Below, piece after piece: positions 1 through 11,699 of a stretch of DNA of 64,000 bases. Position 1 is the stretch's first letter. Each line of letters starts with the position of its first letter. The stretch comes from Stegostoma tigrinum (Eukaryota): the NCBI RefSeq assembly GCF_030684315.1, contig NC_081358.1, positions 80,874,458 to 80,938,457 on the forward strand, read 5' to 3'. The position numbers and the translations under genes were made by a program. Below the pieces are notes generated by a model, which saw only the letters and a list, made by a program, of their open reading frames with translations, was not told the DNA's origin and did no database searches.

Positions 1-669
1 ACGGACAGGTCAAGGAGGTGGGATGAGGTTATTAGGTAGATAGGGGTGTGGCTTGGGGTGGGAGGAAGGGATGGGTGAGAGGAAGAACAGGTTAGGGAGG
101 CAGAGACAGGTTGGACTGGTTTTGGGATGCAGTGGGTGGGGGGGAAGAGCTGGGCTGGTTGTGTGGTGCAGTGGGGGGAGGGGACGAACTGGGCTGGTTT
201 AGGGATGCGGTGGGGGAAGGGGAGATTTTGAAGCTGGTGAAGTCCACATTGATACCATTAGGCTGCAGGGTTCCCAAGTGGAATATGAGTTGCTGTTCCT
301 GCAACATTCGGGTGGCATCATTGTGGCACTGCAGGAGGCCCATGATGGACATGTCATCTAAAGAATGGGAGGGGGAGTGGAAATGGTTGGCGACTGGGAG
401 GTGCAGTTGTTAGTTGCGAACTGAGTGGAGATGTTCTGCAAAGCGGTCCCCAAGCCTCCGCTTGGTTTCCCCAATGTAGAGGGAGCCACACCGGGTACAG
501 CGGATGCAGTATACCACATTGGCAGATGTGCAGGTGAACCTCTGCTTAATGTGGAATGTCATCTTGGGACCTGGGATAGGGGTGAGGGAGGAGGTGTGGG
601 GGCAAGTGTAGCATTTCCTGCGGTTGCAGGGGAAGGTGCCGGGTGTGGTGGGGTTGGAGGGCAGTGTTT
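1..669 (-). mobile_element. Penelope-like retroelement fragment (GIY-YIG endonuclease and downstream region), running off the window start
   Basis: ORF 410..790(-) has CNRRKCYTC and NVVYCIRCTRCGSLYIGETKRRLGDRFAEH; ORF 92..352(-) continues EQQLIFHLGTLQPNGINVDF; near-identical to 56600-57230. Confidence 0.92.
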
Positions 670-755
670 TTAACACTTGGCTTTCCTTCCCTCCTGACCA
701 TTCCAGGAGCTGAAAATCTGTCCTGATATTAGATGGGCTCATAAACCGATGCTTG

Positions 756-769
756 CTGCCCTCTGGTGG
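756..769 (-). promoter_or_regulatory. CTCF-like core motif CCACCAGAGGGCAG
   Basis: Minus strand matches the CTCF consensus CCASYAGRKGGCRS; motif match only. Confidence 0.3.
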
Positions 770-3322
770 TTTTTCTATTTCATTGCTCATGTTTGAAATT
801 TACTTTGATTAGGGATCCAATTTCCTCCACGTCTGCAGTTAAGAGATAAACATTTGAGGAAGAATTGACCAGAAGTGAGTTAAGCATTTCAACTTATGAA
901 AGCAGTTCCCCTTTGAAGTTTTTGAACCTTACCTCAAATTATTAATGCTGGTTGGAGAGTCCTTTCTACAACCAGATTTTAGAGATGCAATAGCATTGAT
1001 AGTCACCAAAAGCAACAACGAATCAGCAGCTTGAAAAAGCAATTAAGTCATTCTTGATCTGTGATTCCTCACAAGCATCTTTGACTCATTTTGAGACATA
1101 AATAGCATCTCTTTTGCTGGCCTGATACCTGTTTGACGTGACCATGAAGGAGAAAGAAGGGAGATAAAAAGGAAAGGGAGTGTGGGACAGTAAAGGAGTA
1201 GCAAGCAAGACAGCACTCCATGTGTAACTCCCCAGTCTGGGGAGTGTGTAGGACTTGCATGATAGTCAATGAGTTGAAGGAACTGACTATGTATGTGCTT
1301 GTCGTATTTTAGGAATGGCTGTATGATGACTTGGTTCTGGTCCAAAAGCAGCAGAACACAGTATTAATAAAACATAGTGAGTAAGCAGTTAAATGCAGAA
1401 TACAGATATTGGCAGAAGACTGTGCAGGGCTGTTGAGGGGTCATACAACTGCAAGCTGAGTAGTTAATCAAGTTTGTCAAGTCCTGAATGGAGCAAGGCA
1501 AGAGGCAAAGCAGGACTGCTGATTACCCCAGAGAAAGAGGGTATGGGACATGCATCAATGAAAGCTCTCCCACAGAACTATATGAACAAAGCAGACTGTC
1601 ACTGCCATAAAGAACATGCAGTGGCATGCCAGCACACAGAAGGAGGACGGTGATCTTGATGTGATTATTAAGCTCAATTCTATCATTAGGAGGAAGAATC
1701 AATCTCCAGTTGTGACATTTACACCTCTTTACTGTGCCTTAGGAAACCTGGTCACCTTCCTCACATCAAAAGTATGGAGGAGGAGTTGGTTGATGTGACC
1801 ACAGACTAGCTTCAGTGTTGTGGCTGTGGGCCATTGTTGTGGGTGGGTGGTTACAGAGGCCAGGGAGGCAGGTAGCTGAGGGATGAAGGAGTAGGGTGAT
1901 AGGTGGGTGGGTAGCAGAATGGACAGGATGGTGAGTGAGTGAGTGAGTGAGAGGGCAGGTTGATACGTAGGATGGAGATAGTCTGGCTGCTGACTGGATG
2001 AGGTTTCGGATGGGCGATGAATTTGCTGAGGCTATTTTGTCATGTGGAGCGGTGACGATTGAGGTGGGAGAGCAGGCAAGGGAATGATGGATGAGAGATA
2101 GGTTGGCAGGTAAAAGTATGGGAAGTGGAATGGCAAGTGGGTAGATGAAAGGTGAGCAGGTAAGCTGGGCAAATGCTAGTAGCCTTGAAAAAAATGACCC
2201 TTAATAAAATATGTATATTGGCTATCCATTTGCATCGAGTGATCAGCCAAACAGTCTCACAACCCAACTTTTGTTCATCTATGCAACTTGAGCCCACGTC
2301 CTGTTCAATCTCAGGCAACACATTCCAAATCTAAATCATTTGCTGCTTTAATACAAAATCCTTATGTTGCCTTTGATTCTTTCGTCATTCAACTTAAAAT
2401 AGTCTACCAGTTCTTGATTCTTCTGCCCCTAAGAATAGCTTCTCACAAGTTATCCTTTCCAGATTTGCCATGATTTTGAAAAGTTCTATCAGTTTGCCTC
2501 AAAAAAGGGTGATAGAAGTTTGCAACTCTCCAGCAACCGATAGTAATCAATGCAAGATCAATTGTTAGTATTAAATCAAGAATGACTGATGCTTGTTAAC
2601 TAAAGGGAAGTGATATAGGACAAAGGCAAGCATATGGAGTTAGGTCACATTTCAATCATGATCTCATTGAGGACTAAATAGCCTATTTCTCTTCCTATGA
2701 CCTGGTATTTTTAATATTTGAAAGTGTTTAGCAGCTCATTTAAAATAGAACATAAATAATTGTCCTGATCCATACACTAACTGTTGGTATTACTGTAAAG
2801 AGTCACTTTTAAGATGTAATTTCTTGCTTAACCTTTACAAAGCAGAATACTATAAGGATTATTTGTACCTCAAGTGTCTTTTCAAAATTGGGCTTCATTC
2901 AGAATCCCATATCATGACTCAATGTCTGAAAGAACATTCCAGTCAATGTTATTTGGTTTTCAAGAGATGAAAATTTTCCTTGCACAGACATGGTAGGCTG
3001 CAGGGTCCGTTTTAGTGCTGAACCGTTCTATGTTGTATGTTCTTGTGCCAAATGGAGAAAGTGGCCTAAGGATCATGGCCTGCAGTGTACCAATGTCACA
3101 ATCTCCAGTCTTGAAGTTCACATGCTTAATTCTAAAGCTTTTCTTTTGGAAGTTGGTTACCCTAAAATTAGAAGGCTTGAGTATATACTACCTATTAATA
3201 ATTTAAAACAAAATCTGGTAACCAGAATCAGTAATGTAAAACCACTTTATTTTTAAAGTAAACTTGAAAATCTATTCCCTGAAGAGCAATAGAGATGCAG
3301 TTCTAGCAGGAATAGAGAGGTA

Positions 3323-3995
3323 ATGACAACTTCAGACCTACAAGCCCAGAATTATAAAGTGCCAGAGGACATCAAAATAGAAATGGATATGAATGCAGAA
3401 GAAGAGCTTGAGAAGAAGTCAACAAAACTGATGTTCCTAAATGTATTACCTACGTAATGCTGCATCATTACCTCAATGGTGATGACTATTTCAAAAGCTT
3501 TAGTCCTTCGCAAATTTATACAGTGTATACATGGAATTGATTCAGAAAATCTCTCAAGAGGGTGGATCGTATGATAAGTGACCCTGAAAAGCATTTCAAA
3601 TTGCCAATCAACATTCTGCGGCTACCCTGCTCAATTGAGCAACCTTGCTTGAATAAGACATGGATGTATGGAACAACTGGTGCTAAAGGCAGTTTTGTAC
3701 AGTTATTGCCCTGTGTATAAAGTATAGAATGCTTTATATCTACAAAGTACACATCTAGTCACACAGTAGAACATGTATATACAAGGACTACGGTGGACAT
3801 AACTTTGTCACCAGATCATTGGCATGTAGCAGACCTTACCTGAAAGCAATATAAGGACACACAGCTTTAAAAATAAACAAATCAGAGGCAGTGCTGATTT
3901 CTAGTAGTCACTCATTGAAATGGTCTTAGACATATTAAGCGAACTTTTCAGAAGATTTAGGGAGAGATGCCTGGACTGCTGTTCATTAAAGTATT
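3323..3995 (+). pseudogene. Decayed SF3-helicase-like (parvovirus NS1/Rep-like) coding remnant
   Basis: Across stops and frameshifts: NKTWMYGTTGAKGSF (Walker A-like), HLVTQ*N (Walker B-like), QIIG..KQYKD (B'-like), AVLISSSH (motif C-like), FRERC, in SF3 order and spacing. Confidence 0.45.
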
Positions 3996-5329
3996 TCAAC
4001 TAATAAAGAAATACTGAACATGCTGACTTATAGCACATTACTCAGCATAAGTACCATGATCAGAGAATATGGATGAGAGAAACAGAAAATGCTAGTAATA
4101 ATTACTGGCTCTGACAGCTTCTATGCAGAGAGAAACAGAGTTGACAGGCCACATTTTAATGAAACTGACACCCTCGCAGTGGGGGAGTGGCCTTAGGTTG
4201 GCAAAGTGATTATTTCAATAGTGGACTTTGCCACAGTTTTCTTTCACTCAGTCACTTCATTAGTCCCTTGTGTCCATGTTTCAAACCAATTGCTGGGAAA
4301 AGGTGTGATGGTGACATAAAACTGCTAATAAAGTTTTCTTCATTGAAGGAGACCCTCGGCAGGGTCTGTACCTAACATTGTTTTTAAAAGTGCAAGAAGA
4401 AGAGTGGAAGCAATACTAGAAGGAAGGCTACCCTTGGTTCTGTGATACTTCCCTAGAGTTGTTGTTAGAGGTGTTGAAGGCCTGGAAAGCTGTGCTGTTT
4501 CAAATGGTTGTAGGAAGGGCCCCATCATGAAAAATAAACAGACCCAATTTGAAGCCCCTTAACCGCAGTTCTCATCCATTGACAGTCCCAGGAGCAAGTG
4601 GGCCAGCCTTTCTTTTAATTCTTTCATAGGATGTGAATGTTGTGGACATTATTGCCCTGCATTAAATTGGCTTGTTAGCCATTGGTTACAATGGAGCTTT
4701 GAGAAATGCACTATCACTTTGGTCCCATTAGTTCTCTGGTCACAATACAGACGTAAATGTTTTACCCAATTACCAATATGGCCAGTTATATACAGTATCC
4801 ATATTATATTTGAAACACATGATGACAATCTATCAGCCAGGTGACTTTATTAAACAACAATATTATGGATTTATTAGACATATTCAATAAAGATGCAAAC
4901 ACTGATTGACAGATAGTTTGAAATATGAAAGTATAGATATTAGTCCTTCTCAATTACCTAAGATGTGCATACATACCCATTAAGAAAAGAACAAAGAACT
5001 TCCCCAGCTGCTGAACAATGTGGGTCATGGTGAGTTTAGGAAAATCATATGAGAAGTCCAACAAAGACCGCTTTGACATCAGATTAAACAGAGATATTTT
5101 CCAACCAAATGTTGGATAGCGAGATGAGATTCTTTCTTGTGGGGAGTGAGAGGCCTATTAGCATGAATTATTGTGACCTTGTCTCGCCACCTAACATTAC
5201 CATTCTCCCATCTGTGGATTGAAATTGGATTCAGAGAATTCCGGTATGAACGTCTGACTTCAGCTCACCAGCTGCTCTTCTGGATCTTTATCACCTGCCC
5301 CCAATGTGTTAGGACATATCAAAACTGAA

Positions 5330-5365
5330 AGAACTGTGGATGCTGTAAATCCAGAACACAAACAG
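5330..5365 (-). mobile_element. Left piece of a split Penelope-terminus repeat
   Basis: aaaactgaaagaactgtggatgctgtaaatccagaacacaaacag joins 10311 aagttgctggaaaagctcagcagg, matching the unsplit copy at about 31832-31900. Confidence 0.65.
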
Positions 5366-5568
5366 TGATGATAAGCTTTATCCCTGTGCTAAACAGCCAG
5401 GAAAGACAGATATACTGTAAGCCTTCATGTGCTGGCTAACATGGCACAGTATAAAAAAGGCAGGGCAAAGTAAGGGATCCTTTGGGCAAGCAAGTAGGCA
5501 CAAAGTCAGTGAGCACTACAAGAATAAGCACTGAGCCCTGAGATGTTCCATGGTCCAAACCCTGAGCT

Positions 5569-8500
5569 TAGAAATGTGGAGATTATTCAAGGAAAAGCTC
5601 CTGTTTGTCCTAGATAAGTATGTACCTGTCAGGCAGGGAGGAAGCTGTAGAGTGCGGGAGCTGTGGTTTATGAAGGAGGTGGAATCTCTGGTCTAGAGGA
5701 AGAAGAAGGCTTATGTTAGGATGAGATGTGAAGGCTCAGTTAGGGCACTTGAGGGCTACGAGGTAGCCAGGAAAGAACTAAAGAGAGAGCTCAGAAGAGC
5801 CAGGAGGAGACATGAGAAGTTGTTGGCGGATAGGATCAGGGTAAACCCTAAGGCTTTCTATAGGTATTTAAGGAATAAAAGAATGACGAAAGTAAGATTA
5901 GGGCCAACCAAAGATAGTAGTGGTAAGTTGTGTGTGGAGTCAGAGCAGATAGGGGAAGCACCAAATGAATATTTTTCAACAGTATTCACTCTAGAAAACG
6001 ACAATGTTGCCGAGGGGAATACTGAGATGCAGGCTACTAGACTAGGTGGGATTGAGGTTCACAAGGAAGCGGTATTAGAAATCCTTCAGTGGGTGAAGAT
6101 AGATAAGTCCCCTGGGCCGGATAGGATTTATCCTAGGATCCTCTGGGAAGCCAGGGAGGAGATTGTCGAGCCTTTGGCATTGATCTTTAACGCATCATTG
6201 TCTACAGAATAGTGCCACATGACTGGAGGATAGCAAATGTGGTTCCCCTGTTCAAGAAGGGGAGTAGAGACAACCCTGGTAATTATAGACCAGTGAGCCT
6301 TAACTCAGTTGTTGGTAAAGTGTTGGAAAAGGTTATAAGGGATAGGATTTATAATCATCTAGAAAAGAATAAATTGATTAGGGATAGTCAGCACGGTTTT
6401 GTGAAGGGAAGGTCGTGCCTCACAAACCTTATTGAGTTCTTTGAAAAGGTGACCGAACAGGTAGATGAGAGTAAACCAGTTGGTGTGGTGTATATGGATT
6501 TCAGCAAGGCATTCGATAAGTTTCCCCACAGTAGACTATTGTACAAAATGCAGAGGAATGGAATTGCGGGAGATATAGCAGTTTGGATCAGAAATTAAGA
6601 CCATAAGACCATAAGACATAGGAGTGGAAGTAAGGCCATTTGACCCATCAAGTTCACTCCGCCATTTAAATCATGGCTGATGGGCATTTCAACATCACTT
6701 CCCTGCACTCCCCCCGTAGCCCTTGATTCCTTTTGAGATCAAGAATTTGTTGATCTCTGCCTTGAAGGCATCCAACGTCCTGGCCTCCACTGCACTCTGC
6801 GGCAATTAATTCCACAAGCCCACCACTCTCTGGCTGAAGAAATGTCATCTCATTTCAGTTTTAAATTTACCCCCTCTAATTTTAAGGCTGTGCCCACGGG
6901 TCCTAGTCTCCCCGCCTAACGGAAACAGCTTCCTAGCGTCCACCCCTTCTAAACCGTACATTATCTTGTAAGTTTCTAATGGATCTCCCCTCAACCTTCT
7001 AAACTCTAATGAGTACAATCCCAGGATCCTTAGCCATTCATCATATGTTAAACCTACCATTCCAGGGATCATCCGTGTGAATCTCCGCTGGACATGCTCC
7101 AGGGCTAGTATGTCCTTCCGGAGGTGTGGGGCCCAAAATTGGACACAGTATTCTAAATGGGGCCTAACTAGAGCCTTATAAAGCCTCAGAAGCACATGGC
7201 TGTTTTTATATTCCAACCCTCTTGAGATAAACGACAACATTACATTCGCTTTCTTAATTACGGACTCTACCTGTAAGTTAACCTTTAGAGAATCCTGGAC
7301 TAACTCTCCCAGATCCCTTTGCACTTCTGATTTGCGAATTTTCTCACCGTTTAAAAAATAGTCCATGCCTGTATTCTTTTTTCCAAAGTGCAAAACCTCA
7401 CATTTACTCACATTGAATTTCATCAGCCATTTCCTGGACCACTCTCCTAAACTGTCTAAATCTTTCTGCAGCTTCCCCACCTCCACAGTACTACCTGCCC
7501 GTCCACCTATCTTCGTATCATCAGCAAACTTCGCCAGAATGCTCCCAGTCCCTTCATCCAGATCATTAATAAACAAGGTGAACAGCTATGGCCCCAACAC
7601 TGAACCCTGCGGGATACCACTTATAACCAGTTACCATTCCAAAAAAGAGCCTTTTATCCCAACTCTCTGCCTTCTGTCAGACAGCCAATCCTCAATCCAA
7701 GCCAGTAGCTCACCTCGAACACCATGGGCCCTGACCTTGCTCAGCAGCCTCCCGTGAGGCACTGTATCAAAGGCCTTTTGGAAGTCTAGACAGATAACAT
7801 CTACTGGGTTTCCCTGGTCTAACATACTTGTTACCTCTTCAAAGAATTCTAACAGGTTTGTCAGGCACGACCTCCCCTTACTAAAACCATGCTGACTTGT
7901 TTTAATCTGACCCTGCACTTCCAGGAATTTAGAAATCTCATCCTTGAGAATAGCTTCTAGAATTTTACCAACTACCGAGGTTAAGCTAATCGGCCTATAA
8001 TTTTCCATCTTTTGCCTAGATCCTTTCTTAAACAAGGGAGTTACAACAGCAATTTTCCAATCATTTGGGACTTTCCCTGACTCCAGTGACTTTTGAAAGA
8101 TCACGACCAAAGCCTCCGCTATTTCCTCAGCCACCTCCCTCAGAACTCTAGGATGTAGCCCGTCGGGGCCAGGAGATTTATCAATTTTTATACCCTTTAG
8201 CTTTTCTTGTACTTTCTCTTTTGTAATGCCTACCGTATTCAACTCTGCCCCCTGACTCTCCCTAATTGTTGGCATACTACTCATGTCTTCCACTGTGAAG
8301 ATTGACGCAAAATACTTATAAGGTCTTCAGCTATTTCCTTATGTCCCATCACTAGCCTTCTAGCATCAATTTGGAGCGGCCCAATATCTACTTTTGCCTC
8401 TCGTTTGTTTCTTATGTATTGAAAGAAGCTTTTACTATCATTTCTAGTATTACTAGCTAGCCTACCTTCATATTTGATCCTCTCCTTCCTTATTGCTCTC

Positions 8501-10114
8501 TTTGTTATCCTCTGTCTGTTTTTGTAGCCTTCCCAATCTTCTGATTTCCCAGCGCTTTTGGCCACTTTATAGGCTGTCTCTTTTTCTTTGATATATTTCC
8601 TGACTTCCTTTGTCAGCCATGGCTGTCTCATCCCACCCCGGATAATCTTTCTTTTCTTTGGGATGAACCTCTGTACTGTGTCCTCAATTACACCCAGAAA
8701 CTCCTGCCATTGTTGGTCTACTGTCTTCCCCGCTAGGCTCTGCTTCCAGTCGATTTTCGTCAGTTCCTCTCTTATGCCCCTGTAATTACCTTTATTTAAC
8801 TGTAACACCATTACATCCGCTTTTGCCTTCTCTCTTTCAAACTGCAGACTGAACTCTACCATATTATGATCGCTGCCTCCTAAGTGTTCCATTACTTTAA
8901 GGTCCTTTATAAAGTCTGGCTCATTACATAGCACTAAGTCCAGAATAGCCTGCTCCCTTGTGGGCTCCATCACAAGCTGTTGCAAAAAGCCATCCTGCAA
9001 ACATTCCATGAATTCTCGTTCTTTGGATTCACCAGCAGCATTATTCACCCAAATTGGCTTGCTGAAAGAAGACAGAGGGTGGTAGTTGATGGGAAATGTT
9101 CATCCTGGAGACCAGTTACTAGTGGTGTACCGCAAGGGTCGGTGTTGGGTCCACTGCTGTTTGTCATTTTTATAAATGACCTGGATGAGGGCGTAGAAGG
9201 ATGGGTTAGTAAATTTGCAGACGACACTAAGGTCGGTGGAGTTGTGCATAGTGACGAAGGGTGCTGTAGGTTGCAGACAGACATAGATAAGCTGTAGAGC
9301 TGGGCTGAGAGGTGGCAAATGGAGTTTAATGCAGACAAGTGTGAGGTGATGCACTTTGGTAGGAGTAACCAGAAGGCAAAGTACTGGGTTAATGGTAAGA
9401 TTCTTAGTAGTGTAGATGAGCAGAGAGATCTCGTTGTCCATGTACACAGATCATTGAAAGTTGCCACCCAGGTTGACAGGGCCGTTAAGAAGGCATACAG
9501 TGTTTTAGCTTTTATTAATAGATGGATCGAGTTCCGGAACCAAGAGGTTATGCTGCAGCTGTACAAAACTCTGGTGCGGCCGCACTTGGAGTATTGTGTA
9601 CAGTTCTGGTCACAACATTAAAGGAAGGATGTGGAAGCTTTGGAAAGGGTGCAGAGGAGATTTACTAGGATGTTGCCTGGTATGGGGGGAAGGTCTTACG
9701 AGGAAACGCTGAGGGACTTGAGGCTGTTTTCATGAGAGAGAAGGTTGAGAGGTGACTTAATTGAAACATGTAAAATAATCAGAGGGTTAGATAGGGTGGA
9801 TAGGGAGAACCTTTTACCTAGGATGGTGATGGCAAGCACGAGGGGGCATAGCTTTAAATTGAGGGGTGAAAGATATAGGACAGACGTCAGAGGTAGTTTC
9901 TTTACTCAGAGAGTAGTAAGGGAATGGAACGCTTTGCCTGCAACGGTTGTAGATTCGCCAATTTTAGGTACATTTAAGTCGTCACTGGATGAGCATATGG
10001 ACGTACATGGAATAGTGTAGGTTAGATGGGCTTGAGATCGGTATGACAGGTCAGCACAACATTGAGGGCCAAAGGGCCTGTGCTGTGCTGTAATGTTCTA
10101 TGTTCAATGTTCTG
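5569..10114 (+). mobile_element. 5'-truncated CR1 LINE (RT ORF2 with stops), interrupted by a second CR1
   Basis: [58 protein letters not shown]; tail gttctatgttcaatgttct; TGAGCT duplicated at 5563-5568 and 10115-10120. Confidence 0.93.
6597..9050 (-). mobile_element. Nested CR1 LINE of a different subfamily (end of endonuclease, RT, 3' UTR)
   Basis: ORFs 8281..9048, 7631..8293, 6845..7576 (LDLVLCN, GGSDHN, QHGFSKGRSC, KFADDTK); tail (tatggtct)n at 6597-6620; AAATT duplicated at 6592-6596 and 9051-9055. Confidence 0.95.
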
Positions 10115-10304
10115 TGAGCTGGGTGCCCTTCCCAGCCTGTAAGGCTCTGGCAGCAGCATTCCAATGTACAGCGCCATTGTGCTCCAATGCACAGAAATAT
10201 ATTGCAAGTAGGTCAGAGATCTGCCCCAATGTTATCATCAGATGGAAAGGTCGGTAGGCATGTGGTGCTTATGGCTGCTACCCATAAAATATGGCCTGAC
10301 ACAT

Positions 10305-10396
10305 AAACAGAAGTTGCTGGAAAAGCTCAGCAGGCCTGGCAGCATCTGTGAAGAAAAATCAGAGTTAATGTTTCGAGTCCGGTGACCCTTCCTCAA
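10305..10396 (-). mobile_element. Right piece of the split Penelope-terminus repeat
   Basis: gttgctggaaaagctcagcaggcctggcagcatctg...gacccttcctca matches copies at about 13200 and 31880. Confidence 0.75.
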
Positions 10397-10777
10397 TTCC
10401 AGCACACTGGAATGCAGCAGAAATAATAGTTGTGAAAGGGAGTCCATATGCTAATGGCTGGATGTAAGGGAAGATTAAGGCTTAGATAAATAACTAGGCT
10501 AGGAATGTGCAATGGAGCTGAAAATGACTAATTCTAGGAAAGTAATGGAGAAACTTGTTTGCCCTGGGACATTCAGCGCAATGGTTTAACAGTTCCATGA
10601 AAGCATGTTCACTTAAGTCCTGGATGTTGATGACACTTCCAACTCAATCAATAATGAAGGGCTGTGAGTCAGCGTTAACCCTCTTCAGTTTGTTATTCTC
10701 TGCCATGCTCACTGATATCTTCCCTGCTGGCACTCCTGCATTGAAACCATGTCTCAGCTGGGATATCAGTAGGACCT

Positions 10778-10989
10778 GTGATAATGGGAACTGCAGATGC
10801 TGGAGAATCCAAGATAACAAAGTGTGGAGCTGGATGAACACAGCAGGCCAAGCAGCATCTCAAGAGCACAAAAGCTGACGTTTTGGGCCTAGACCCCTTC
10901 TCTGATGAAGGGTCTAGGCCTGAAACGTCAGCTTTTGTGCTCCTGAGATGCTGCTTGGCCTGCTGTGTTCATCCAGCTCCACACTTTGT
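10778..10989. mobile_element. Penelope-terminus fold-back element with a hammerhead core
   Basis: Inverted arms; CTGATGA 10902-10908, GAAA 10922-10925, GTC 10927-10929; 14-bp TSD TATCAGTAGGACCT at 10764-10777 and 10990-11003. Confidence 0.88.
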
Positions 10990-11699
10990 TATCAGTAGGA
11001 CCTATTGCCTTTTTCTATCTTAAGTACTTTTCAGTTGTTTCTTGATCTTATATTAGAGTGCATTGAAGTGGCTAAAGATTCATATCTATGAAAGTGGGAA
11101 CTAAGCAAGATCATCTACTCGGGTTACTTTAGCATGGATACTTTCATTAACCGTACTCAGAACCTGTCACTGAACATGAATGGTTGTGATTGTTTCAGCC
11201 TTAGTCTTTGTATGTCAGGTATGTGCTTGTTCATGATGGGGAACATCATGAACCTCCTGCCCTCAATAATTGTTTAATTGTTCTCCAATGTCTACAAAAG
11301 GATAGGATTGAAGAGCTTTTACATGATCCATTCCTGGGGGAATGCTGACTGTGCTGATTTTGTATGTTGTATTTTTACCAGAGAGGCACTTCATTTTCAT
11401 GTTTGGAAAATACTTCTAAAAAATAACCCAATAGTTTTGTAACTTTACCTCAGATCTGCTTGTTCCTTGACTGCACTCACAACTTTGTTGCAGCCTTACA
11501 GTGGGCTAATGTAATACCACTCGCCTTGTGTAATCACTTAACACAAACCTTTACTGTCACATTGCTTAAAATTTGATTCATTGTCTGCAATTTGCAGTTT
11601 GTCCAGTTCTTTTATTGCTAAGAATATGAATTAATTTTTACTGGAGCTTTTATCTTGTGCAATCTATGTGGCTGTTTACTTAGACTGTTAAATCCTCAT

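Larger units (their letters stand above)
5366..10304. mobile_element. Unclassified ~390 bp insertion (5366-5568 plus 10121-10304), itself split by a CR1
   Basis: Bounded by duplicated AAACAG (5360-5365, 10305-10310); begins TG, ends near GACACA, has TATAAAAA near 5449. Confidence 0.45.

Noticed and set aside
92-413. Pro/Ser-rich and antisense Gly-rich ORFs with short repeats as a host gene
   Set aside because: They are the end of the PLE ORF running into its low-complexity downstream region, also seen at 56675-56900.
1800-2170. G-rich strand-biased tract as a promoter or G-quadruplex element
   Set aside because: Low-complexity and CpG-poor; more likely the interior of an old repeat.
5721-10020. 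Active, intact LINE ORF2
   Set aside because: Both CR1 copies are 5'-truncated and broken by stops or frameshifts.
5365-10299. C/D-box RNA reading of the ~390 bp insert (GTGATGA ... CTGA)
   Set aside because: No convincing terminal stem or recognisable guide sequence; such short boxes occur by chance.
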